DNA of 64,000 bases from Psammoneis japonica (lineage: Eukaryota): positions 1 through 64,000 of the forward strand of contig QPGO01000138.1 of NCBI GenBank assembly GCA_008632985.1. Reading direction: 5' to 3'. The notes below the pieces were generated by a model. It saw nothing but the letters and a program-made list of their open reading frames with translations. It did not search any database and was not told the DNA's origin. Shown piece after piece: positions 28,901-41,101 of this stretch. Position 1 is the stretch's first letter. Every line of letters starts with the position of its first letter. A program made the translations under genes and the position numbers.

Positions 28901-31900
28901 CCGGACTTAGCTCTCGCTTTCCAAAATCACCACCTGGGTTCATTGTTGCAAAAACTTGAAAATTCTCATCAGCTCGTACTATATGATGTTGTAGGTCATC
29001 CTCGCCCGCGCCATCATCACTCTTCTCAGCCAAAACAAGTGTACGAGATGGTTCTAAAACAGAATTCAATCTTTCCAAAACCGCATCATCCGCGAGGCTC
29101 ATTTCGTCCAAAAGGATCATTTTGCCATCTTTCATTGCCTGGACTAGCGGTCCATCAACCCACTCGAAGATTGCTGAGTACCTCACGTAAAGCCTTTCAA
29201 TCTCATTAACTCGCCTTTTCAGTGGAGCAATCGGTTTTTGAGCATGCGGAGAAGCAACGGAAGCACCAGTGGCCAGCTTTCTCCGTTTTGGAGTGTCGCC
29301 TTCTGTCCTCTTGTTTAACTGCGCGGTTTCAAAAGACTTCGACACCTGTCGAGTTAGCCGTATCATCGCCTCTACGTCCTCGTCCGTTACAGCGCATTCT
29401 CCCGTCGAAGCAATTGAATAATTGTTAATCGTTTGGCTATTCTCTCTGTTGCATGCCTCGGTTCTGTCACGGGATTTCGCGACAACTTCAGGAATTTCAA
29501 CACCCGGTCTGAGTGCCTCGTTTTCCAACAGATTTAGTAGTCCTACAACACGCGAAAGCATTTCGATGGCAATCAAGTTTCGACCGCGAACCGGACGAAG
29601 ACCTCCCAGAATGTCGGATGTTTCTGTCGTTGCATGGCAATTAATTGTAAGCAAGTCCATCTCAAAAACGGTGCTCAGCCACTGCACGACTGTTGTCTTC
29701 CCGCAACCGGTATCTGGTCATTTCAATGCAAAGCACAGCAGGTTAGTATGAATCCTTCAATTTACATTAAAAAAAACAAATGGTCAAAGAAACAGTCCAC
29801 ACCTCCAACCAGTAAAACCGGCTCTTTCTGCTTGACGCATCGCGAAACGAGAGTTAGCAGTCGCAGAAGAGACCTCGTTGGCGCCACAGACGCAGTTAGG
29901 TCGGACGATGGTGCTTCGCCTTTTCTGACTCGGTCCATGAGTGCCCGCGCTTCGCTAGATTCACCGTAATACAAATCATGGATATCAATAGAAACTTTCA
30001 AATATTTTTCAATCTCTTCTCGGACAATTGTGGTTTCCTCTGTAGTTCTCAGTCTCTCCGCTAATAACATGTAGCCTTCGTGTGCAAGCTCAAGTTTTGT
30101 GGTGGCCCTGCGTTCCGCCCATCGAAGCAAGTCACGAGGGGTGATAAGCCCGTCTTTACCAAGAAAGATGCCACTTTTACTCCGCCGATACCGTAATCCG
30201 TTCATCACTTTTACAAGAAGCTTCGCGTGAGACGGAGGGCATTCGCACCTAAGCTCTAAAATAGTCGAAAGTTCGTCAGCGGGAATGTCACCCATGTGCA
30301 ACTCTATGAAACGATTGCGGAAGGCGCGAGAGAGTGGCTTTCTGCCACCGTATACGCCACTTGGATTTTGCGTCGCAAACAAACGGAAGTTAACGTGAGG
30401 CTTGACGGTCTCATTTGTTTCTGGTAGGTACAGCTCTCTGTTGTCGTCAAGAAGGCGATTCAAAGCTTCGAGAACTTCACTCGGAGCCAAATTCAACTCA
30501 TCAAGGATGACCCAATGCCCCAGTCTCAAAGCACGAACAAGAATTCCATCACGAAAGGAAAGCGATCCACTCGAGTCAGCGGAGTAAGACCCTGTGTATT
30601 CCTGCACGTCAGTGTGCTCGTGATTGTTGATGCGAACACATCGGTGACCACAACGAGCCGCGAAGTATTCCACAAGAGTTGTTTTTCCAGCACTCGTTGG
30701 GCCTTCAAGAAGTATTGGCCATGGTCCTGACGCGACTGCTCGCGCTATTCTCTTCAAATGAATTGACATCGAAGGCGTTAAAACGAACTTTGAACCTCCA
30801 GGAACTGCTTTCTCAGCCCAATCTTTCGGTTCCAGAGGCCCCGCTTTGATCCAGAACGGCTTGACAAGAACGAATTTGGCGTCTTGGCTCCGCCCACCCG
30901 GTCTTCGCGAGGGACGATCGAGTTGTTCTTTTGTAAGGTCACCTCCTAAATCCTTCTGGAGTCTTTTTTGCACAAGTTTCGTTGACGCATCGTCGAGAGG
31001 ACCTTCAAATGAAACCTTGAAGCCTTCCAACATGGCCCGCTTTAGCGGAAAACGCTGTTGAAGGTATAGGTTCTTCGTAGCGGTCAACGCTCTACATAAT
31101 GTCCGCATTGTGTACCGCGGCTTCTGGCCTCCAGCATCTACAAGAGATTGTTCAGCAAGTTCTCGGCACCGAATATACACGTCCACAGCTGATATCGAAG
31201 CTTCACTGTACTCAGATGCATTGTTACTAGGCGAAACCACTCCATCAAGGTATTTAGTCGCCACCGCTCGCAACTCCATGGGGTCCAGCAGCTCATCGAC
31301 GTACAACTCTGTGAATCGAGACCGAATGCTCGCAGGGAGGTCCTTTTTGCCCGCGTCAGTGGCGGGATTCATAGCAGCAAACAACCGAAAATCGCGATGT
31401 CGTTTCAGAGCTTTTACATCCCCTCTCTCCGAAAGTGTCACGCTCCCAGAGGCATCATCCAGTAGACTACATAATCTTTGCAGAGTTTCCGACGACGCGA
31501 GATTTATTTCATCTAGCAGGACCCTGAGAAAAACTAAAATAGTCAGTACAAAGCAAACCATGCAAAATTGACCGACACGTTTCCTACCCACCATTTCCCA
31601 TGCTGAAGAGCATCAACAAGAGCACCTTCCGTAAACGCAAAAGCAAGGCCAGAATCTGCGGCTAGTCGTTGCTGCTCAAAATGTTCAGACAAGGACTGAA
31701 AATGTTTCCAATCATCCAAGCTAGTAACATCCCCTCCACCCCGTTGGGAAGGAGATTGCTGCATTTCTTTCACCTAACGACAAGAAGACGAAAACGTGAG
31801 AGACAATCGTGCAAAAACACAATGAGTGGGTCTCTATTCCTACCTTTTTCACGCCCAACTTTGCTGCTTTTCGGAAAGACTGTGACAACCTCTTCCACTG

Positions 31901-34500
31901 ACTCTTTTCATGAGCGCTGGCAACGTAGCGCAAGAAATCGGAGTTTTGTTTTCTTGAAAATGTTGAAACAAACAAATCGACAAAGCTTAGGTAAATTTTC
32001 TGAGCAATGTGCTTGATTTCCAGCGGGCGGTAGCCGCCCAACAAATCTGTAGAGTCCGTTTGGAGCGACAGATTCTGCACAATCAATTCCCGATCCGTAC
32101 ATTTTGCAAGCTGCTGCGTGACATAGGTTTTGCCAAGACCAGTTTCTCCTACCAGCAACACGGGTTCATTTTGCCGGACGCAAACGCCAATGGATTCCAT
32201 CAAACGAAGGGAATGGTTGGTAGGCACAAATTCTGGCTTTCTGGGTTAGTACTTCTGATGTTGCGTTTTGTATTCTCGCTCGTCCGACTTCTGTATAATC
32301 CACCCCAACGGTAATGGCTGGACTCCGACTGCTCATGTACCGTACAGCAAAATCGGCAGTAATTCCCCACAATGGAGCGGCAACATCCGTCACAAATTCC
32401 AGTCGCTCGCTCGACGAAAAGGAGCCCGCAAAGATATCTACACTTTCCGCCAGACAGAGGGCCCGCTGGGTTTCCGTGGCATATGTGACGCCCTGTTCAA
32501 ATGTCACAGTCGTTTTTATCCGAGAAAGAAGCTTCATAAAGTCTCTTACCGAAGCTGTTCTGCCTCCCGAGGAACCGAGGTGAATGGCACTCACAGTTTG
32601 CGCCTCCTTGTCATTGTCATCATGGCTTCATCATCATTATCATCTTGTTGCTCCTTGTGAGCGTCAGGTATTCTCCCGCTCTTGTCCAGAGCTTGAAAGA
32701 TATCGAGTGCAGCACCAAGGACCGATTCTGGCAGCATGGGATACAGAGCCTGAGACACATCACGAAGCTCCGAGAACGGCAGAGGGTCCACATGAACTTT
32801 TCTCCACACGTCGTGATTCAAAATCTTTCGGTTGCAGTCCCGAAACGCACGACCGAAAGTTGCGGCCCTGCTTCTTCTTATTCTTGTCCAAAGCAGCAGC
32901 CTCGGTGGTGGTGACTAGGGTGGCAAAGATTCGAAAATTGGCATGACACCGTTCCACCTTGCCACCTCCAAGCGGCAAGAGTCGTTCTTCCAAGAGTTGA
33001 ACCAACGCTGCTTGAATCTCCATGGGTACCGTATCCAAATCTTCCAACAAGACCCACTTGCCCATGCGCACGGCTCGTGTCAATGCCCCGGGTTGCCATG
33101 TGAATTGTCCCGGAATGTCCGTGGTGGTGTAGGAACCAATGAGCGTTTTGCTATCCGTTTCTTCATCGACATGCAGCTCGAGCAAATCGTCATTTCATTA
33201 TTTGAGGATACTTGATGATGATTCAAGGCGGAACAATACCGAGCGAGTTCACGAACAAGACTGGATTTGCCAGACCCTTGTGGACCGCAAATGAGAATGG
33301 GCGGAGGGTACGGGTCCTCGGAAAGCGCAGCACCCAAAAGCGCCAGATTTCGGGCTGTGGTGGGTGTCAAAATCATGTCGGGACGAGAAGAATCCTTGTT
33401 GATGCTTTGCAATGATGATTCTTTGGCGTTTGCACGGACCAGTGGCTCGCGCCGTACAAGAAGAATTCCCTCTCCCACATGAACCAGCGAGTGGTGAAGC
33501 GGGACAGCGGCTCGCACCTGCGTCAAGGATGGAAGTGGAATCCTGTCTTGTTTGTTATGGAATAGAGTGCAAAACCCATTGACTTGTCCATACTGTATGT
33601 CTTCCTCCTCCTCCGATAGTATCCAGGGATGTAACTCCCAAGGAACCATGGTTTCGCTCACGTGGAGCTTTTCCAAGAAATTGCAAAAGGTAACGGGAGA
33701 AAAGCCACGCAAGTGTGCAATGGCACGCGCCGCATGCCACTTGGTCGCGTCTCGTACATCAAACGGACGTTCGGCCCAACTTTGAGACTCCACTGCTGTT
33801 TCTTGGTCGTCATTCGCGTCCTTCATGATTGTATCATCGTCATCTTGTTTCCAACAAAGCATTTCATACAATTGACTCCAACTCCACCAACGTGATGCAA
33901 TGGTCTTGTTCTCACCACGATTGGCAAAAAAGGCGCAAATTTTGTGAGACGCTTCTGCCAAGAGTAAATTGGCTTGATGGATGGAAATGTTGGAAGTTGG
34001 CTTGTTGTACTCGAGTGGCGATGACGTATTAGAAAAGGAATCAAACAAGGCCGTCACGAGGGGCGTCAATTGTGGAGCAATCGGTAACCAAGTGGCAAAG
34101 AGCAAAAACGCCGACGTACGTTCTTCCGACACTAAAGAACAACACGAGCCCCCACATCCAAGGCAATCGGTGCCATGATTCGAAGAATGGAGCGGAGATA
34201 ATCGGTTCGGGTTCGGAGTCGAGTGACATGAGGGGCTTTTAACAGCGACGGCTCATTATCTTCGTCGTCAATCTCCATGTTGTCGTTCTCACTTTGCGAT
34301 AATTCTTTGAGAACACTCGTCACGGGCAAGCCAAGAATCTGGGGATGACAAGCCTTTAACAGACTCTTGCTAATGGTTTCAATCAACTGCTCGGCTGTAT
34401 TATTCATCGTCACATGTTGTTGTTCGTCTGCAATCGCTTCAATCGCCGCAGAGATGCGACAAAGATACGGCAGGAGCGCGTCGTCTTCATCAGCGTCCAT
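16980..34500 (-). CDS. MDN1: Midasin (Rea1) AAA+ ATPase for 60S ribosome maturation; several short introns and several apparent frameshifts
   Basis: Six Walker A motifs (GPQGSGKS, GETGLGKT, GPTSAGKT, a split G..GCGKT, GSPGVGKT, GPSTSGKT) with LLDE(L/I)NLA motifs, long linker, D/E-rich region, C-terminal MIDAS/VWA (GKRINMKRVI..KDKIWLRRTKP..VDDSESM). Confidence 0.95.
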
Positions 34501-34713
34501 TGTGTGCTCTACAGTGTATCGTCCTCCAACAAGGAGTTTGATTTTGTGACAAGGACTTTAAATGATGGTTTCTCTTGATGCCTCGCTGTGAATGGTCGTC
34601 TGTGGTGATTTTAGACAATGATGAAAGCATCAGAACAAACAGTGCGATGTGCTGGGTGCGATGGATCAAAGAAAAATTCCAAAAACGAAATGAAAAATCA
34701 CTGGTTGCAGTTT

Positions 34714-34728
34714 GCGCGAATTTCGCGC
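34714..34728. promoter_or_regulatory. CG-rich palindrome upstream of midasin
   Basis: gcgcgaa-t-ttcgcgc about 215 nt upstream of the ATG; includes TTTCGCGC (E2F-like). Confidence 0.25.
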
Positions 34729-34849
34729 GGGGAGCGCAGGCATGACAGACGTAGCAAAATCTGCTGAGACAAACCGAGTGGGGAGAGGCAGCAACAACAC
34801 TACACACGGAGCGCTTGGACCGTCGACCAGAAGTTTTTATTTTTAGCCA

Positions 34850-35690
34850 CAATGTTTTTGAACTGGAGTGGCTTGTGTTGCGTGCATGGGGCCAACAACA
34901 AGAACTGTGCGAGGTGGGGAGGGGGGGGGGTTGACGAGCCCGCTCCTCATTCTCAGAGCAAAGGAGGAAAAAACCAGAGGGGAGCTGCCAGCTCCTGCAC
35001 CAGAGGAGAGAAGGTGTGTGCTGGGTGTCTCTGCTGAGACATGTGTGTGCTCTGGATGCTCTCTCTGGAGTTGATCACAGTGGGGGCATGGACAAAACAG
35101 AGAGTGTGGGGGGCTTGGACCCAACCATCCTTTGGAGCGCACTTGTTGTCCTTGAAAACAGCACACAGAAGAAGTTGTGGCAGCAAAAATGGGACACTTC
35201 AGCCAGGCTCTCTGTCAACACAAAAGATTCTCTTTGCTGTCATGCTTTGGCCAGGCTCTCTGTCAATGCAAAAGATTCACACTTTGCTGCTGTCATCTGT
35301 CAAGCCCGCTCCCATCCCCAGGTGACGCTCGTTTGCCTCGGGTTCAGACAAACCACTGACCCACGATCCATCATCGACAGTCATTGAATGTCTGGAGTTG
35401 CACTTCTCTGCACATTTGCAGAGCGCAACGACAAAGCAAGAGATGTGAGACAAAAAGTTCATCACTCTGCACATCCTGTGATGTCCATGTGCGCGCGTGA
35501 CAAGGCCTCGCCTGTCAGTCTCCGTCACTTTGTTGATTTGTGTGTTGTGCTTGCTGCCTGTGTGAAACACACTGGATTCAGTTGGTTTGTTTCAGATTTT
35601 GAAGAGAATTGAGAAGAGAAAAAAAGTGGAGCCGGCTCCGCATGACAGTCGAGTTTTTCACACCAGCGCCGCAAAAAAAGGGACCCTCAC
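34850..35690. other. Hypermutated repeat island B
   Basis: TA essentially absent and CG reduced; internal duplication ccaggctctctgtcaa(ca/tg)caaaagattc at ~35203 and ~35251. Confidence 0.7.
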
Positions 35691-36177
35691 GCAAGAGAGG
35701 AAACAAACGATCTGAACTGACCAATGGCGCTCATTGAGAACAAAATGGCAAATGAAAATCGAAACAGCGGTCGGCATTCAGCTGAGAAGCTTCTGGAGCA
35801 AAGCCAACAACCGCCCCCATCAACGACAAGACATCGAAACCAGCACATGTGGAGAACGACGGAAAAAGACACACCACAACAAACGGAGTGCTGCACATCG
35901 TGCTCTCGATGATAATGTTGCACTTAGCACCTTCATAAATGCCGCATCATCTCATACATCATTGTCAACTTCATTCTCGATTCTTGATGATTCTTGAATC
36001 CCGCAAATCCCAAATCCCGGAAATCATCATCATGCGCGATGGCTGTCGCGCACGACATTCCGTGCCTCTCCGTCAACCGCGACCCAAAACGAAACAAAGA
36101 AGGCACGACGCGACTCCTCCCTCCATCCACGACTGCAACTGACAAGCTTCATCATCTCCGTCGTCACATCGGAACCG

Positions 36178-37142
36178 ATGGCTCACCCTTTCACCAACAA
36201 GCACGCATGGGAAGCAAGGGGCGGTGATGCTGGAAACGTGGTGATTCTTACAAGGGGCGGAGTCTCGACGACAGAGGTCAAAATGTCAAAGCCCACCGCG
36301 GAAGCACCAGCAGCTGTTGATTCATTCGCAGGCGCACGCAAAAAGCACAAAATTTCAATCGTGGATCCCATGAACCGATTCAATTCCATGTCTCATGAGG
36401 AGCAGATCGCATCCTTGCCATTTTGTCTTGTTGACAAAGAATTGACGCTGGAAGAGTTCCACGCTCAATGTGATGCTCTCGAAGGCAGCGGGTGCTCTCG
36501 CTGTGAGTTTCGAGACGGTGGTGCCTAGATTTACGAGGCACCACTTGCTCTACATGATGACGCGCGGGAGAAGTTATTGTTGAGCTTGTTAGGCAGATGG
36601 GCGATCGTAGTAGAGATTTCAAGGTCTCGGCAAGCCCCAGGTGCGATAACAATGATGCCAACTGGTCCTTTGAGCCGGATGGATCGCTGAGAATTCGCGG
36701 TTTTCGTCCAGGACCCAACCATGTTGATGCTGCTGACAGCTTAGGAAACCGATGGCCAAATCTCATTGTTGAAATAGCACATTCAGAGACTGAAGAGCAC
36801 GTTCGTGCTAAAGCTTTGGCTTGGTTAGACACAGCTGAGAACCCAGAACATGGTGTTCAACAGGTGATTGTCATAAAGATTGGATATACGGTGCGTGGAG
36901 ATGGCCACAGGACAATGAAAGCTTGGCGGTATGAGCGTGGCGCAGATATCAACCCGGTGCAGGAAATGGAGTTTGGAAACCACGGTCCGAACAACGGGGC
37001 CACTCTACCTGGATCTCCCGGGATGCAGCTCCATGTCCCCATTAGGTCCTTGTACCTCCCGCTTCCACCGCCTGATGAATTGGGCGAAACACTGGATCTT
37101 GATTTATTTTACATTCGGAAAGTGATCGAGGAAGCATTTTAG
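36178..37142 (+). pseudogene. Uma2-like PD-(D/E)xK restriction-endonuclease-fold gene, disrupted (TAG at 36526-36528, frameshift ~36565)
   Basis: EFRDGGA*IYEAPLALHDDA..GEVIVEL, EPDGSL, WPNLIVEIAHSET..VRAKALAWL, VIVIKI match the Uma2-family pattern. Confidence 0.65.
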
Positions 37143-37234
37143 ATGGGCATTTCTAATCTTATGTGCTTTAATCCCGGTGCCGGATGCCTTGTCCGAGCTT
37201 TTCTGTTCCCGGAATGAAAGTGACATCCACATTC

Positions 37235-37660
37235 TTTGCCATGACTCTTTCTCGTCAACGTAGCCCTATCTCTAGCTTGTATTTATGATGTGTGTATTGT
37301 GTGCTGGCAGCAGAGCATGTCCCTCTCTCTTGTGTTATTATATCCATATGATACGGTGCTGAGCGTTAACTGATTCAATCATTGCCAATACTTGATAAAT
37401 GCCCCTCAAGGATGTATCAGGTTCAGCAATGCAAAGCGTGTTTTACTCGTAAAAGAACATCCATGTAAATTTTTATCCTTTTTTGCCACCGCTTTCTCGT
37501 CAACATATCGCCTTTACAGTATCTATGATTTGTGTATTATATTCCGGTACAGTAGCAGAGCCCTTTCTTGATACGGCACCGAGTTATAGCTAGTTCAATC
37601 ATCGTCAATGATGCTGCATCTCTTGGGGATGCGTCTTGTGTGAGAATGCTACCGGTACAT
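37235..37660 (+). repeat. Diverged tandem duplication (copies starting ~37235 and ~37481)
   Basis: Shared tttgcca..ctttctcgtcaac, tatgat.tgtgtatt, agcagagc, tgatacgg, ttcaatcat blocks. Confidence 0.65.
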
Positions 37661-37911
37661 TGTTACCTCTTCATACCTGTTGTAAGAGGAACAAGCACAG
37701 AATCATTGGCTGTTGCAGCCACGATCGAAGAAAGAGTTAGTCGCAAGTTGAGTGTATGAATTCTTCAGAGGGGGGACGCCATTCTAGAACAACTCAACTC
37801 CAACTTCTTGAAGCTACACTACTGAACACAAAAAGAAGAGTATAAATTTGACATCATTGGCGCTACTACGTATATGGCACAGCTTAAATGCGTACCATAC
37901 CAATAATCGTG

Positions 37912-38988
37912 TCATCTTGTATCCATATCTAAAGTCCGCCCCCACGTTCGATCAAATTCATCCGCAGCTCCCTCACCTTCTGGCAGGACCCTGGCACCAA
38001 AGTTATACAAGAGTGCTTCTTTCCACTGCACCTCATTGGTAATATGAAGCACAGAGTCATCCACCAGTGAAGTTTGTCTGTTGGTAGAATCTTCGTCCTC
38101 CGTGTCGCTCTCCATGCCATTCACGTCCAGCCATCGACCCCCGCCTTGAGTCCGTCTGAGCCGCATGCGTGGAAGAGGCAGTCGGCGCTTTGGGATTCGA
38201 AACGACGTGTACAGTCCCCAACAGCTCTCCATTAAAAAGCCCCAATTGTTGGGATACCGGCTCACAACATAGGTGGGCACGTCACGGCCTCCAACCGAAA
38301 AACGAATATACGCTCCTCGGGGACGAGCCGGAAAGTCCATGGCGTGGGACAAATACCTCCACGTCATGGCCACTGGAGGGTCCACCAAGAAGCCGACATC
38401 AAAAGACGGAGTCGTAAGTTTAGCTTCTTCTACTACTTCTTCGTCATCATCCTTGCTTTTTTCTTCTTCTTCCACATATTGCTTGACGGTACCGTCCTTG
38501 AGAAACACCATACGCCGAGCTTCGCGTCCGTTCCACCACGGATCCCACAGGGTCCAATCGGGACCGGCGCTTTCCTTAAAGCGAAAGGACCATACTGTGC
38601 CCGTCTTGGAGATGGGATCGTAGCACAATTCTTCAAAAGTCACTTCTTGTCGTTGCCGAGCATCCATCAAACTCAGTTGGTACGCCATCATGCTACTCGC
38701 ATGACCTTGTGCTTGCGGACAGACATGAATCTTATCGGACCATAGCACTCGACACAAATGAGACCACCCCGCCTCATTGAGGGATGCGAGTCGACAAAAG
38801 CGTTTGTTTACTTGACGCATTCTTGCCAGAGACGTGGCATCCAAAAAGCTGGTGCAGGCGCACAGCAACTCATCCGGAAGTCTCGACACGATATCGAATT
38901 TGGGGGTGGGAAGGGTTCCAATCATTTCGACAAAGAGCCGCTTTCCCCGTAAAGGACGTTGAGCAACAATGACCTTGTCGCCTTGCAT
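37912..38988 (-). CDS. F-box protein
   Basis: N-terminal DIVSRLPDELLCACTSFLDATSLARMRQVNKRFCRLA..W F-box; intact 358-aa ORF. Confidence 0.8.
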   Translation of the reverse strand: MQGDKVIVAQRPLRGKRLFVEMIGTLPTPKFDIVSRLPDELLCACTSFLDATSLARMRQVNKRFCRLASLNEAGWSHLCRVLWSDKIHVCPQAQGHASSMMAYQLSLMDARQRQEVTFEELCYDPISKTGTVWSFRFKESAGPDWTLWDPWWNGREARRMVFLKDGTVKQYVEEEEKSKDDDEEVVEEAKLTTPSFDVGFLVDPPVAMTWRYLSHAMDFPARPRGAYIRFSVGGRDVPTYVVSRYPNNWGFLMESCWGLYTSFRIPKRRLPLPRMRLRRTQGGGRWLDVNGMESDTEDEDSTNRQTSLVDDSVLHITNEVQWKEALLYNFGARVLPEGEGAADEFDRTWGRTLDMDTR

Positions 38989-39615
38989 AACTTTTTTAAA
39001 CTATATACCTTGATTGTACGAGTGTGACAACGTCTTTTTGCTTTTGCAAATGTTCTTTCCTACACCCAATATAAAAGGGAGGTTCGCGTGTTGTTGTGTG
39101 CTTTTTTTTTTTTTTCTGTCAAGTGGTTGGAGTTGCGATCCGCAGTCAGGCGCGCGTTTTTGCGACACCACCACGACCAACGTACGTACAAATCTACGTA
39201 AAAGCTACGTTGGTACTACGTTGCGTTGAAATCCTACAGGACACGTTGCGTTGTTGGGTTTCCATGTTCAACTTGATTGGACTCATTCGACTATTGCTAG
39301 TAATCGATTCATTCGACTACGATCCGTTCCTATGCGCGATCTTTTGCGTGCACAAAAAGCGCGGGAAAGGAGTGTGAGAAAACGCCAAGTGGAATATCCG
39401 CGACTGAAGACGAGAGGAAGTTACGTGTTTCACACATCACAAAACACAAAGAGACGCCCTTCAAGTTGATGGATTATACTGTGTATTGGTGGATTCCAAT
39501 CCCTCGGTATTTGCTCGTCGACACCTCTTTGTGTTTGTGGGAGCTCTTTGTTGAAAAGAAAACGAGAGTGACACTCACTCCGTCGATATAGAAAAAAAAA
39601 CCAGAATCATAAATC

Positions 39616-40560
39616 ATGTTGGCATCATGGCTTGCTTGCCTCTGCAGCGTTGCAGCAATGAGCACGTCAAATGCTGCAACCTTTGTGGGACGACGTCCTC
39701 TTTCACTCATCTCATTCAAACATAAGAAAAGACTATTATCGAACAATGCGATACTATTGGATATTCGAGGCGGTGCGGACAGCCATGACAAGAGATATTA
39801 CAGCAATGATTACTACGGCAATGACGGCAGCAGACGGGGCGATTATTATTATAGCGACCGCCGAGGATACTACAATAACGACGAGGATGATGATGACAGA
39901 GGAGGATACTACGATGACAGAGACAAGAAAAGTAGTAGTAGCTATGGCTACCAGGACGACGATGGACGCAATGATTACTATGGATACCAGCGGGACGACA
40001 ATGAAGGACGAACAAGACCGGGCGACTACTATGACGATGGGTATAGCAGCAAACGCGACTATTACGATGACAGAGGTTCGAGTGGTGGTGGAGGACCTCC
40101 AGGTATGCCATCTATTATTCGCAACGGCAACAAACGCGTTGGTTTCTCCCTGCTAGGATTGGGCGCCATGTTTACCATGATGGGAATCACGTCCTTTTTC
40201 AATAAAAACCTACTCCGCCTTGGCAATTTATTTTTTGTGGCTGGCGTCCCCATGACAATTGGCCCTGGCCGAACGGCGGGGTACTTTTTCCAACCCAAAA
40301 AGGCTCGAGCCACGGGTTGTTTGGCGTTTGGAATTCTTTTGGTGTTTTTTGGTCACCCCGTGATTGGCATGGCACTCGAGATATTTGGACTCATGAATCT
40401 GTTTGGAAACATGTTCCCCTTGGCCATGGCCATGTTGCGACAAATGCCAGTGGTGGGAAATCTCCTTCCGAGTGGGTCCCGTCGAACGCCAACAAGACCA
40501 AGGGAGAATTATTACGATGACTACGGCGGGGATGGTGGTGGCCCAGACAAGTACTACTAG
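39616..40560 (+). CDS. GOT1: Got1/Sft2-family vesicle transport membrane protein with signal peptide and Y/D/G/R-rich N-terminal extension
   Basis: KRVGFSLLGLGAMFTMMG..FFNKNLLRLGNLFFVAG..IGPGRT..FF..KKARAT..EIFGLMNLFGNMFP..LRQMPVVG. Confidence 0.85.
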   Translation: MLASWLACLCSVAAMSTSNAATFVGRRPLSLISFKHKKRLLSNNAILLDIRGGADSHDKRYYSNDYYGNDGSRRGDYYYSDRRGYYNNDEDDDDRGGYYDDRDKKSSSSYGYQDDDGRNDYYGYQRDDNEGRTRPGDYYDDGYSSKRDYYDDRGSSGGGGPPGMPSIIRNGNKRVGFSLLGLGAMFTMMGITSFFNKNLLRLGNLFFVAGVPMTIGPGRTAGYFFQPKKARATGCLAFGILLVFFGHPVIGMALEIFGLMNLFGNMFPLAMAMLRQMPVVGNLLPSGSRRTPTRPRENYYDDYGGDGGGPDKYY

Positions 40561-41101
40561 CTAGTTTAAATAAAAAAGCCATCTATGCTTGACTCATCAT
40601 CGACTTTAATGCCTGTCGTCGTTTTCCGTTGTTGTCAATTACTATTGTCGCTTCGTGCAACGCTTGGAGCTTGAGTTCCACCGAGATGCGCTTTGCCATT
40701 GTAATTTTTCCTACTCTGGAGTTTCCACACTGCCATAGAAAGTCCCCAACAGCATCTCATAAGAAGCTTACACTACCGGTAGTGCGAAACCGGCGGTATC
40801 TTCTTGATTAGAACATTTCATTCACTACCCTAGCTACTTTTACTCATTATCATGGGTGCCAATCATCTTCACAACCTTTTAGGCCTAAGACTTTAGGACT
40901 GCATGTTTTGCAGCTTTTCTACTGACGGCGAAAGGACCTTCTTCGAGCTCTGGTTTTGAAGACTTCGTACCGTAGCGACCTTGGGATTTCTTTTTCGGAT
41001 TATTTCGGAGGGAAGCGAGAAGCGAGACTTGACAATGATGTACAGTACCTCTAGAAACTGGGACGTATTAGCCGCAGTCCATCAAAGAGCAATTTTCGAA
41101 A

